Source of the DNA: an uncultured Bacilli bacterium
Lineage (GTDB): Bacteria; Bacillota_I; Bacilli_A; RF39; UBA660
Reading direction: 5' to 3'
Assembly: GCA_947629375.1 (NCBI GenBank)
Contig: CANRDN010000004.1
Location: forward strand, 8,168 to 72,167
Length of the DNA: 64,000 bases
Of this stretch, positions 1-9,500 are shown piece after piece. Position numbers and translations under genes: made by a program. Position 1 is the first letter of the stretch, and each line of letters starts with the position of its first letter. Under the pieces are notes generated by a model. It was not told where the DNA came from. It saw only the letters and a list, made by a program, of their open reading frames with translations, and made no database searches.

Positions 1-267
1 AGAAGTAATTTTAATATTGTAATCTAAAAGTACTTCGTTTAATTGATCATTTTCTTTATTTGAAACAATAAAAGGTACTTCTCTAGTCTCTCCGGGTAAC
101 ATATCTTCTACTTTAACTTCCAATTGATTATTACTAAGTGTCAAGATAGGAATAGCTACTATATCACTATCTGATTGTAATTCACCAATATAGCGGCTAG
201 TAGTAAAATTAAATGTTGATAAATATAAAACACCTATAAATATTATTAATAAATATCTACATTTCAT
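1..267 (-). CDS. TasA/camelysin-like secreted protein paralog, N-terminal part only (gene runs off the window start)
   Basis: Absent from the ORF track because it is open at the window edge. ATG at 267-265 on the minus strand follows a GGAAAGGAGA RBS. My translation MKCRYLLIIFIGVLYLSTFNFTTSRYIGELQSD... has the same hydrophobic leader plus S/A-R-Y motif as the ORFs at 297-866 and 1703-2338. Confidence 0.55.
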   Translation of the reverse strand, partial: MKCRYLLIIFIGVLYLSTFNFTTSRYIGELQSDSDIVAIPILTLSNNQLEVKVEDMLPGETREVPFIVSNKENDQLNEVLLDYNIKITS

Positions 268-296
268 TTAATCTTCTCCTTTCCTTTCTCAAAAGA

Positions 297-866
297 TTAG
301 TTAATTTTTTGTCTTACAGTAGATTTAACACTTATATTAGTATTATCTATAGTAGGATTAACAATGTCTTCATTATTAGTCCATTCCCAATTTACTTTTA
401 TTTTTATTTTGTCACTTTCAGTAAATCCGTGCTCTACTGTAGGTAGTTTTAGTTCACCACTAACAGTGTTATCTACAATATTATTAGGAGCACCATCGTT
501 TATTGTATAATTTTTAAGTTCAACATCGGCATCTATATTATTTAAATTAAATATAAATTGATATTCTAAACTTACTTCAGTACCAGTTGGATCTATTTCT
601 ATTTCAAAGTATCCATTAGTATGTGGTGCAATCTTATCATTATGGGTATTAGAATTTGGACTTAATATAAGGTTAAATTCTTTTCCGTCGGTAACACTTG
701 TACCATTTACTTTTACATTAAACTTAGCAACACTTATTTGATAAGTTCCTGAGGTTGTATCAACATATCTTGAGAAAGTATAACTAGCAATAAAAGTTAA
801 ACATATTAAACTATAAACAACAATAAATTTAAGTGCTTTATCTTTTAATTTGTACTTTTCTTTCAA
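297..866 (-). CDS. TasA/camelysin-like secreted protein with SipW-type leader
   Basis: 189-aa ORF with a TTG start 10 nt after GGAGG. Hydrophobic leader ends in TFSRY. It shares VAKF-V, DKIAPH, EIDPTGTEVSLE and a W-x-W strand with the 1703-2338 paralog. Same strand and operon as sipW. Confidence 0.6.
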   Translation of the reverse strand: MKEKYKLKDKALKFIVVYSLICLTFIASYTFSRYVDTTSGTYQISVAKFNVKVNGTSVTDGKEFNLILSPNSNTHNDKIAPHTNGYFEIEIDPTGTEVSLEYQFIFNLNNIDADVELKNYTINDGAPNNIVDNTVSGELKLPTVEHGFTESDKIKIKVNWEWTNNEDIVNPTIDNTNISVKSTVRQKIN

Positions 867-887
867 AGTTTAACAACCTCCTTTTCT

Positions 888-1616
888 TTATTTATAGGCA
901 TATATTTTTAATTTTAATTCATAATTTGCTTTCAAGTCTTTACCAATATCGGTATCGTTACTTGCTTCAATCCATTTCCATTCCAAAGTATAATTATCTT
1001 GTTTGTACGCTTTTAATTTTTTAGTTTGTGATTTTAGTTCTTCGAAAGTAACCCATCTATCTTTACTTCCAGCAATATAATTTCCATTTAATTTTAATTT
1101 AAATTGCATATTTATATAATCATCATTTCTTTCAGTCATTTCAAGTTCATAATTTATAGAGTAACCATTGTTGTTTTTAACTGCAAATTCATATACATTC
1201 GTAAGACCGGGTGCTATTTTTCCATTTACGACGTGACTAGTTGATTTTGAGAAGATATCCAAAGGTGTTTCAACACTGTAATGCGTTTCTTCATCAAATA
1301 CATCGACACTGTAAGGTGGTTCATATTCGTCATTATCTTCATAATCGTTATCATTATCATTGTCAGAATCAGCAGGTTCGTCATCTTCATCTCCGTCACG
1401 ATCAGGATTCCTACTTGGATCATCGCAATCACAATCAGGTCCGAAAGTTATATTAAATACATCTACACAGTTACCATTATCCTTTGCTTTATGTTCTAGA
1501 AACCATAAATCTCTAGCAGCAAAGAAAACGATAAGAAGTAAGATAACTATAATTGAAGTATATTTAAGAAATTTCGCTTCTCTCTTTTTTTCTGGAATAG
1601 TATTATTTCTTTCCAT
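888..1616 (-). CDS. Membrane-anchored protein with Cys pairs, an extremely acidic Asp/Asn/Glu linker and a TasA-like C-terminal domain
   Basis: Start placed at MERNNT (ATG 1616-1614) because it follows AAAAGGAGGG; the track start at 1652 has no RBS. One TM (IIVILLLIVFFAA), then GPDCDCDDPSRNPDRDGDEDDEPADSDNDNDNDYEDNDEYEPP. The beta-rich domain carries the GKIAPG motif shared with the neighbours. Confidence 0.55.
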   Translation of the reverse strand: MERNNTIPEKKREAKFLKYTSIIVILLLIVFFAARDLWFLEHKAKDNGNCVDVFNITFGPDCDCDDPSRNPDRDGDEDDEPADSDNDNDNDYEDNDEYEPPYSVDVFDEETHYSVETPLDIFSKSTSHVVNGKIAPGLTNVYEFAVKNNNGYSINYELEMTERNDDYINMQFKLKLNGNYIAGSKDRWVTFEELKSQTKKLKAYKQDNYTLEWKWIEASNDTDIGKDLKANYELKLKIYAYK

Positions 1617-1702
1617 CTCGAAATCCCTCCTTTTATTTAAAATTTTCAACAAAACTCATAAAGTGTTTATAAGCTTTGTTGGAAGCTTTAAACTTCCAAT
1701 TA

Positions 1703-2338
1703 TTATACTCCAATATGTTGTTGTACGTGTAGCGTTACTGGTACTTGGAATGTAGCATCTGTTTCTGCTTTTTTACCAGCTGTTGTATCTTCTGCGTTGT
1801 GAGCTTCTGTATTTTCCCACTTTAATGTCATAGTAATAGTAACTTTACCATTTTCTGTAGTAAATCCAGCACTTGTATCTGGTAACTTAATTACAAGTGG
1901 AGAACTTTTTGTTCCATTTCCTGATGTTTCAATTTCACCACCTACAGCTTCCTTAACAGTAAAAGTAATATCACTTGAATTCATACCAAATTTTTGAACT
2001 GCAGTTTGTAATGCTTCGTCAGTTGCATCAACATAAACTTCTACTGAAACTTCAGTACCATCAAAGTCAATTTCAACAGAACCTTCAGCAGTTACTCCTG
2101 GAGCAATTTTACCAGCTACAACATCAGTGTTATCTTTAACTGTAAAAGTTAGATCTTCCATTGTTGTTACTTCTTCGCCTTTATCTTTAAGGTTAACATC
2201 CCACTTTGCAACTGTTACACTTGCAGTACCAGTAAATTGTGTAGAATATCTAGCATAAGTACCACCAATGAAGAATAGTGAAAGTACAAAAAGTAACATT
2301 ACTGCCATTACTTTTCCAACTGTTTTCTTGTTTGTCAT
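1703..2338 (-). CDS. TasA/camelysin-like secreted protein with SipW-cognate type signal (GGTYARY)
   Basis: 211-aa ORF with RBS AAGGAGG. The leader LLFVLSLFFIGGTYARYST resembles the GGT-x-A-x-F SipW-cognate signal of TasA. Also has VAKWDV, GKIAPG, EIDFDGTEVSVE and LKWEN. Confidence 0.65.
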   Translation of the reverse strand: MTNKKTVGKVMAVMLLFVLSLFFIGGTYARYSTQFTGTASVTVAKWDVNLKDKGEEVTTMEDLTFTVKDNTDVVAGKIAPGVTAEGSVEIDFDGTEVSVEVYVDATDEALQTAVQKFGMNSSDITFTVKEAVGGEIETSGNGTKSSPLVIKLPDTSAGFTTENGKVTITMTLKWENTEAHNAEDTTAGKKAETDATFQVPVTLHVQQHIGV

Positions 2339-2397
2339 TCGTACACCTCCTTATATATTTTTCTTCTCTCTATATATAAAAGCTACTGCTTTTATAC

Positions 2398-3027
2398 CTA
2401 TTTTTGTTCTTCTTCTTTTTTCTTTTGTTCTAATGCTTTTTGTTTTTTGAATTCTTCAAATTCTTTCTTTTCATTTTCATCTTTAAATTTATTATCTTTA
2501 TTTTCTTTTTTATTAATTAAATATAACCATACTAGACCAATTACTAATATTGTTAAGACGATTACTGCTAGAGATATAGGCTGTTGAATGAATATTAGAA
2601 CATTCCCAAGACCCGGAATCCTTCCAACATATACCCCTTCGACATCTTTTTCCTTAACTAAATTAGCGTCTTCTGTATTATTGGCATCTCCTTTAGTTCT
2701 AAACAATTTATCTCCATCTTGCCTTACTATTTCTACAATTCTATGTGTTGTTACTTTGTCATCTTCATTTCTAAAAGCAATAACGTCATCTACTTTTAAC
2801 TTATCTGTATCTGTCATCTTTACAAATACTAAATCCCCTTTGTTGATAGATGTTTCCATTGAACCAGAAAGCACTATCATTGGCTTATATCCAAATATAT
2901 CTGGGACTTTATCAGGATACATATTAGCCTTAAACATAATAATTCCTGCAATTAAAACGATAAAAGCTACTATTACTATGGCAATTATTTTTAAAGCTGT
3001 AAAAAATCCTTTTTTGAAATTTTTCAT
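2398..3027 (-). CDS. sipW: Signal peptidase I, SipW (archaeal/ER) type
   Basis: N-terminal TM, catalytic Ser box LSGSMETS, THRIVE His box, TKGDAN motif and a C-terminal TM, as in B. subtilis SipW. RBS AAAAGGAG. An extra Lys/Glu-rich C-terminal tail. Confidence 0.8.
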   Translation of the reverse strand: MKNFKKGFFTALKIIAIVIVAFIVLIAGIIMFKANMYPDKVPDIFGYKPMIVLSGSMETSINKGDLVFVKMTDTDKLKVDDVIAFRNEDDKVTTHRIVEIVRQDGDKLFRTKGDANNTEDANLVKEKDVEGVYVGRIPGLGNVLIFIQQPISLAVIVLTILVIGLVWLYLINKKENKDNKFKDENEKKEFEEFKKQKALEQKKKEEEQK

Positions 3028-3054
3028 TATATCCTCATACTCCTTTTAAAGCCT

Positions 3055-3075
3055 GCATAAAGTTTTAGACTTTAT
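3055..3075. promoter_or_regulatory. Palindromic box copy 1 (GC-ATAAAGT-TTTAG-ACTTTAT), candidate operator in the sipW leader
   Basis: Perfect 7-bp inverted arms ATAAAGT/ACTTTAT around a 5-bp centre. The same arms recur at 3416-3434 and 3450-3470. Lies 28 bp upstream of the sipW start codon. Confidence 0.45.
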
Positions 3076-3350
3076 CCCTCTTACTTTCTCCTACTATCAT
3101 ATAAAATTATAACATAATTCGACAAAATTCTACCATTAAATTGAAAATTTACACAAATTTTTATCTTTTTTTAGTTCAAATGTTGTTTGTTTACATAAAA
3201 TCTTACATATTTAAAATCTACAATTATAAAAAATTAATTTCTTTTAGTATCAAAAACACCTAAAAAAGAGTGTTTAGAAGTCAAAAAAAAGTCAAAAAGC
3301 CTTCATTTTTCAAGAAGATAAAGGGAAAATAACTAAAGGCGCCTTGTTTT

Positions 3351-3377
3351 TAGCAGTCAAAATAGCAGTCAAAATAG
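3351..3377. repeat. Direct tandem repeat TAGCAGTCAAAA x2 (+TAG)
   Basis: Read directly: TAGCAGTCAAAATAGCAGTCAAAATAG inside the 563-bp divergent intergenic region. GTCAAAAA also recurs twice at about 3280-3297. Confidence 0.6.
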
Positions 3378-3415
3378 TTAAAATTGCGTAGTACCAATGT
3401 TTTTTTTCCTTGAAA

Positions 3416-3434
3416 TTAAAGTCTAAAACTTTAT
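3416..3434. promoter_or_regulatory. Palindromic box copy 2 (TTAAAGT-CTAAA-ACTTTAT)
   Basis: One mismatch in the left arm relative to copies 1 and 3. Lies 15 bp upstream of copy 3. Confidence 0.4.
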
Positions 3435-3449
3435 TTGTTTTTTTATTAT

Positions 3450-3470
3450 GCATAAAGTCTAAAACTTTAT
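3450..3470. promoter_or_regulatory. Palindromic box copy 3 (GC-ATAAAGT-CTAAA-ACTTTAT)
   Basis: Identical to copy 1 except that the 5-bp centre is inverted. Lies about 120 bp upstream of the giant adhesin start. Confidence 0.45.
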
Positions 3471-3590
3471 TCCATAGAACAAAAATGCTTAAAACCTTGA
3501 TTTTAAAGGATAAAATAGAATTTTTTAAATCAATATTTGACTGCTAAAACTATTAAAAATAAGAGTGTTAATATCATAAGGAGTGATTTT

Positions 3591-6500
3591 ATGAAACTAA
3601 AATTAAGAAAAGTATTTTCTAAAACTATTGTAATTGCTTTAATAATCTCTTTAACATTTTTAGGATTATGTCAAACTAATATTATAAATTTAGCTACTTT
3701 GTTTAGAAGACCTCAAAATGCTTATAACAGTATGTATAGAACTATATCTGACCCAAATACAATGGACTCATATCAAGATTTGTTGCTTAGTAATAAGAAT
3801 GGGTCTAGATACGCAGGGCGTATTTGGTCCGACAAAACCGTTTTGACAGAAGATTTAACACTGGATGTCCAAACCGATGGAATAAATGGATTAGTTACTA
3901 AAAAAAGTGATTTTTTACACGTTTTTTCAGCATTAGGTAGTAGTTTAAAAATCTCACAGCCTGCACAATTAGATGTTATGTTTTTAATAGACATATCTGG
4001 ATCTATGGGTAAAGTTGGCGATGAATATGCCTCTAGTTCAAATTTCAGCGATACTCCTATGTATAAAACAATCACAAGTGTAAATAAAACAATTGATACG
4101 TTATTAAGTTCAAATTCAAATTCTCGATTTGGTGTTGTAGTGTATGGTGCTACCGCACAAGTGTTAATTCCATTAGGAAATTATACGAAAGTTGATAATA
4201 GTCCTTTTTTGAAGGTGGAATATCTTGATTCATATGGAAGTGTATCTCCTCAAGGAATTCATTTCACTTTGACTGCTTCATTTAAGGATAAAAATAATAA
4301 GTCAAACGAATATTATGTTGATAATTCTGGTGAAACTAGCAATGAACTTCACAATAAAAACGGTTCTGGCAATCGACTAAGTCACGGTACTGGTGGACAA
4401 ACTACCGGATTAGGTACCAAAGATTCACCATATCACGTAGGCCATATCACTAATCAACAAGCTGGTCTTGCGGCAGCAATGGACCAATTTATTACAGGTA
4501 ACGAGGATACAACTTGGAAAGCAGCTGATAATAATTTATATTCTCGTATTCCTGCGTTAATTCATTTGTCTGATGGACAAGCTAGTGATATTGCTTGGAT
4601 ACAGGAAAATTCTGATTCTGATTCAGAAAATCAATGGCAACGCGAAGCTAGTAATTGGAACAACGTTAATTGGAAGTTTGATTTAGCATACAATAGTACA
4701 AATAATGCATCCCCTTCAACTTCTAACTATTATAATGCTAATCAACTTTCAGGACTAGGCAACGCTTCTCCAATTATATTTCAAACTCTAATGACAGCTG
4801 CTTACTACAAATCTGCTGTTGATGCTTATTATGCAAGTAGTGGTTATACTGATATGTCAGGTAGTATTCCAACTTTAAATTGTTTCTCAATATATGCAAG
4901 TGATTCATCAGGATATAAAGAAATGGAAGATACTCAAATAAAAGGTACAATTAATGCCATATTAAATCCATCTGTTTATTTTTATGATTTAGATGGTTCT
5001 GATGATGTTGAAAGTAGTAATCTAACCGAAAACGATTCTGGTGCAAAATTTATTGATACAGCTTACGAATTATATAAATTGTGGCTCAAAGGAGAAGCAA
5101 AACATACATTTGAATTAAAAACAACGAGTGGTAGTAATACCAACACTACAAACGATATTAAAATTCCTATTAATGTAGCACAAAGTCAATTAGATGATGA
5201 TAGTGGAGCATATAGTGGTTATGCCTGGTCTAAAAAAATAACAGCAACTACAATAAATAAAAATATTTATTATGTTCCTAAAGATAATTTCTTTGATACT
5301 GACTTTACAAATGTTGACAACGTTCTTGATGGTGTTATTAAATCGGCAGTAAAAAATGCATTCGTTCCTATTGGTGGAGTTAATGATGCTGGTACAAGTG
5401 ATTCATTAACATTTGTTGATCCAATCGGTCAATATATGGAAATTAAAGATGGTTCAGTTGGAATAAATGGAAATTTCTATGATATGGATTTATTACTGTT
5501 TGGCAAACATCATCAATTAAAAAAATCAGCAATTTATAATTATGAATTTAACATTACTCATCGTGGACCGGAACATAATAGTGACGACTTGAATCAACCC
5601 TTTATACCTGGTTGGTATGATAAAGAAGGAAACTTTTTAGAAGAAGGAAATTGGGAAAAGGGAGATACTTATTATATTGATAGTGACACCATTAAAAAAT
5701 ATGTCCAAAATCTAGATGAAAAGAATATAACTGCTCAACAAAAAAACACCATTTATACTATTTACAGCTTTGTAGAAGAGAATAGTGGTGAAGATCAAAA
5801 CAATCCTTGTTATGAAGATAAAAATCTTTCTTTTAAATTAAATGATATTCGAGTTTGGGTCGAAGATACGGGAAAATTTGAAGATGAAAGCAGTGCTGGT
5901 TCACCAGATTTAGGATTCGACAAAGCCATATATGTTAATATACCTGTTAATGCATTACCTGTTGAAATAGCAAACATTGAACTTGGAGTTAACGGTAAAG
6001 TTAAAAGCTACGATACTAACTTAAATGAAAAGGTAGCAACACCTTTTAGGTTGTTTTATGGAATTGGATTAGAAGAATCTATATTTACGGAAGATGGATT
6101 AGATGTTGACCTAGCAAAAGTATCACAAGAATACATTAAGAATAATAAGGATGAAGATATTGTTTATTTCTATTCAAATTATTATAGCAAGACAAATTAC
6201 GACGGATATGTAACTGATACTCGTGCAGAAAGAACAAGAGGTGACGCCTATTTCTCATTTTCTCCTGATACTACAAATAGATATTATATTTATCAAAACT
6301 CATTAACTTTATATGAAATTACTGGTGCTGACCAAAGAAATGAAAATGGTTTATATGATGAAATTAATATAGAAGATGATGGCGATTTTAATAGTTTCAA
6401 GGATAAGCATCCTGCTATTACAAGTAGTGACAAGATAAAAGCAGAGAGTTGGTATTATATTGTAATAGATTATTATTTGCCTAACAAAGATACAATAATG

Positions 6501-9500
6501 AGAACTGCTGTTCCTCGTGAAGGAAAGGAATTTGGACTTGGAGAAGATAGTGTCAATGTTAATGTCGAAAATCAATTATGTTGGTATAGTGATTCAACAA
6601 AACAAGTAGAAGATTTTAAACTAAATAGTAGTAAACCCAGTGGAGAAATAAGTGACTGGACAATAGCAACAAAAACTGGTGGTCTTCGAGTTGGAGATAT
6701 GGCTCAGAGTCTAAAATCAAAGTCAAAAAATACCACGGAGACTGCAAATAACTTTTATTTACCAACAATAAGTAAGACAACCGGAGATAATTTAGATGAT
6801 AGTGATGATGTTGTAGTAATAAATGCATATTTAGGAAACAACGGTAGAATAGAAGTTAATGATTCATTGATATTAATAGCAAAAAATATAACGACAGATG
6901 AATTAGGAGAGAAAACAGTTGATAAAGAAAGGGAATATGAATTCACCTTAAAGATTGATGGTCACGAGGGAGATTATCAAGCAATTAAAGCACACAAGAA
7001 TCCATATAGTAATGCTTGGCAATTGCGTGTAAGTACAATTGATTTGTTAACAGATAATAATGGATTCTTACAAGATACAAATAATAATATCTATGTTTTT
7101 GAGCAGGGTGGTAAACAGTATAACATTTATATTGGAGATAACACAGAAGTTGGAGATACTGGAGGAAAATATGTATTTAGAGTATATTCAGCAATAGATA
7201 ATGATAATACAGTAACATTAAAGAGATCCGGTATGACAACATATGTTGCTGACGAAAGCGCAATAGATGGCTCTTTGAAATCAGAGAAGAACAAATATAA
7301 AAATGCTGATGGTAAAAATACTTTGGGTTCAATAGATGTATGGATTGATAAAGTATATCTTGTGCCAGTAAGTGAAGTCGAAGGTAGAAACTTTAATAAT
7401 AAAGAAATAAGTAAATATGAAACTCTTACTGAATTTGTTGTTACTCATCTTGATTCAATGAAAGAAGGAGCCAACGAGTTAAGTTCTAATTATGCTACAG
7501 AAACAGTATACTTAACTACTGAAATAAAGTTTGGATATTCAGAGTCGAATAAACCTGGCTCTAAACCTGATAACTGGACACAAGATGAATGGGACACACA
7601 AGCACAAAATGTTGCTAAGTTTAAATTAAAAGCAGATGAAGGAATACTTATATCTGGATTAAAAGCATCAACAAATTATAAAATCACAGAAAATATTACA
7701 AAAAAGGATAATGAAGAAAGATATTATTTTGATCATATCGATGTAAATGACGAAGCATCAATAAAGAAAGCTGACAAAACAGTTACTGGTGTTGTAACAG
7801 CAAATTACATAGATGAAGTAGTGTATACAAATATTTATTATGCCCCAGTATCACTATCAATATCTAAAGTAGTAGAAGGAGCATTAGCAGAACCAAATAA
7901 GGAATGGGAGTTCACTGTAAAACTAACACCAGAAGAAGGAATAGTACTTGGGGAAGAGTATGACTATACTGGAGAAAATATAGATGGAGTTGACCCAAAA
8001 CCTGCTGGAAAAATTCATTTAACAAGTGAAGAAGATGGAAGCTACACAGGAACAGTATCCTTAAAACACGGACAAACAGTAACAATAAATGGATTACCAG
8101 AAGGAACAAAATACAGTGTTTCAGAAACAAGTGCAAATCTTGAAGGATATACAACTAAGACAGTCGGAAGCACCGAAGGAACACTAGATATTAAAAATCC
8201 AAATTCTACAGTAAAATTTAGAAACATAAAACTATCAAGTCACAATCTAACAATTTCTAAAGTAATAGAAGGAGAAAAAGCCGAAAAGGATAAAGATTGG
8301 ACATTTGAAATAACATTAACAACTACAGATGATATAACTCTTGATGAGACATACGAATACTCTGGAAGCAAAGAAGGAAACATAAAGTTTACTAATAAAG
8401 AAGGAAACACATATGTTGGAGAAATCAAATTAAAAGCAGGAGAAACTGTAACAATAGAAGGACTTCCAGAAAGAACAAGTTATGAAGTTGTTGAAAAAGA
8501 AAAAGATCAAGATGGATATAAGACATACACAGAAAAAGAAACAGGAATCTTAAAAGATAATGCTGAGGAAAAAGTTAAATTTACGAATGTAAAATACTCA
8601 CTACACAACTTAACAATAGAAAAAATTGTAACTGGAGGAGCTGGAGATAAAGAGAAGTCTTGGGAATTTGAAATTGTATTAACACCAGCAGACGATGTAA
8701 GATTTGCTACTTCATATAACACTTCAACGTACACAGGAGTAATCAAAACGGAAGACAGCACTCTAACATTAACGAATGATGGAAAGACATACAAAGGAAC
8801 AGTATCCTTAAAGAGTGGACAAAAGATTATAATTAAAGATATTCCAGAGAGAACTCAATATAGCGTTGTCGAAAAAGAAGCAAATGAAAATGAGTACAAG
8901 ACAACAGTACAAGGAAACAGCAGTGGAACATTAACTCAAGAAGAAGAAAAAGTAACTTTCACAAATCGTAAATTATCAAAGCATACTTTATCTATATCAA
9001 AAACAACGGATGGAGCTTTAGTAGATAAGAATAGAGATTGGACATTTAAAGTAACTTTAACTCCAGGAGAAGATGTAGAACTTGCAAAATCATATAATTA
9101 CACAGGAAGTAAAGATGGAGTTCTATCACTATCTCAAGAGGGAGATACATATACTGGAACAATAACATTAAAGACTGATGAAGAAGTAACAATAAGTGAT
9201 TTACCAGAAGGAACAGTATATAAAGTAGAAGAAGTAGAAGCAAATCTTGAAGGGTACACAACTAAGGTAAGTGGATCAACAGAAGGAACATTAAGTCTTG
9301 ATAATAATGCGCCTAAAGCTGAATTTAAAAACATCAAATTATCAAAACACAGCTTAACAATATCTAAAGAAGTATTAGGAAAAGCTGGGGAAAAAGAAAA
9401 AGAATGGAACTTTACTATAAAGTTAACTCCAAGAGAAGGAATAACACTAGAGGATACATATCCAGTAGTGACAGGATCTACTTCTAGTATAATCTCACCT

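Noticed and set aside
1226-1755. Several 68-131-aa ORFs on both strands overlapping the acidic-linker gene
   Set aside because: They are artefacts of the GAT/GAA/AAT-rich acidic tract, which stays open in several frames. They have no RBS and no recognisable protein features.
3055-3470. CRISPR-like interpretation of the repeated 19-21-bp elements
   Set aside because: There are only three copies with irregular spacing (about 340 bp and 15 bp), the units are palindromic operator-like sequences, and there are no cas genes. No CRISPR array exists anywhere in the window.
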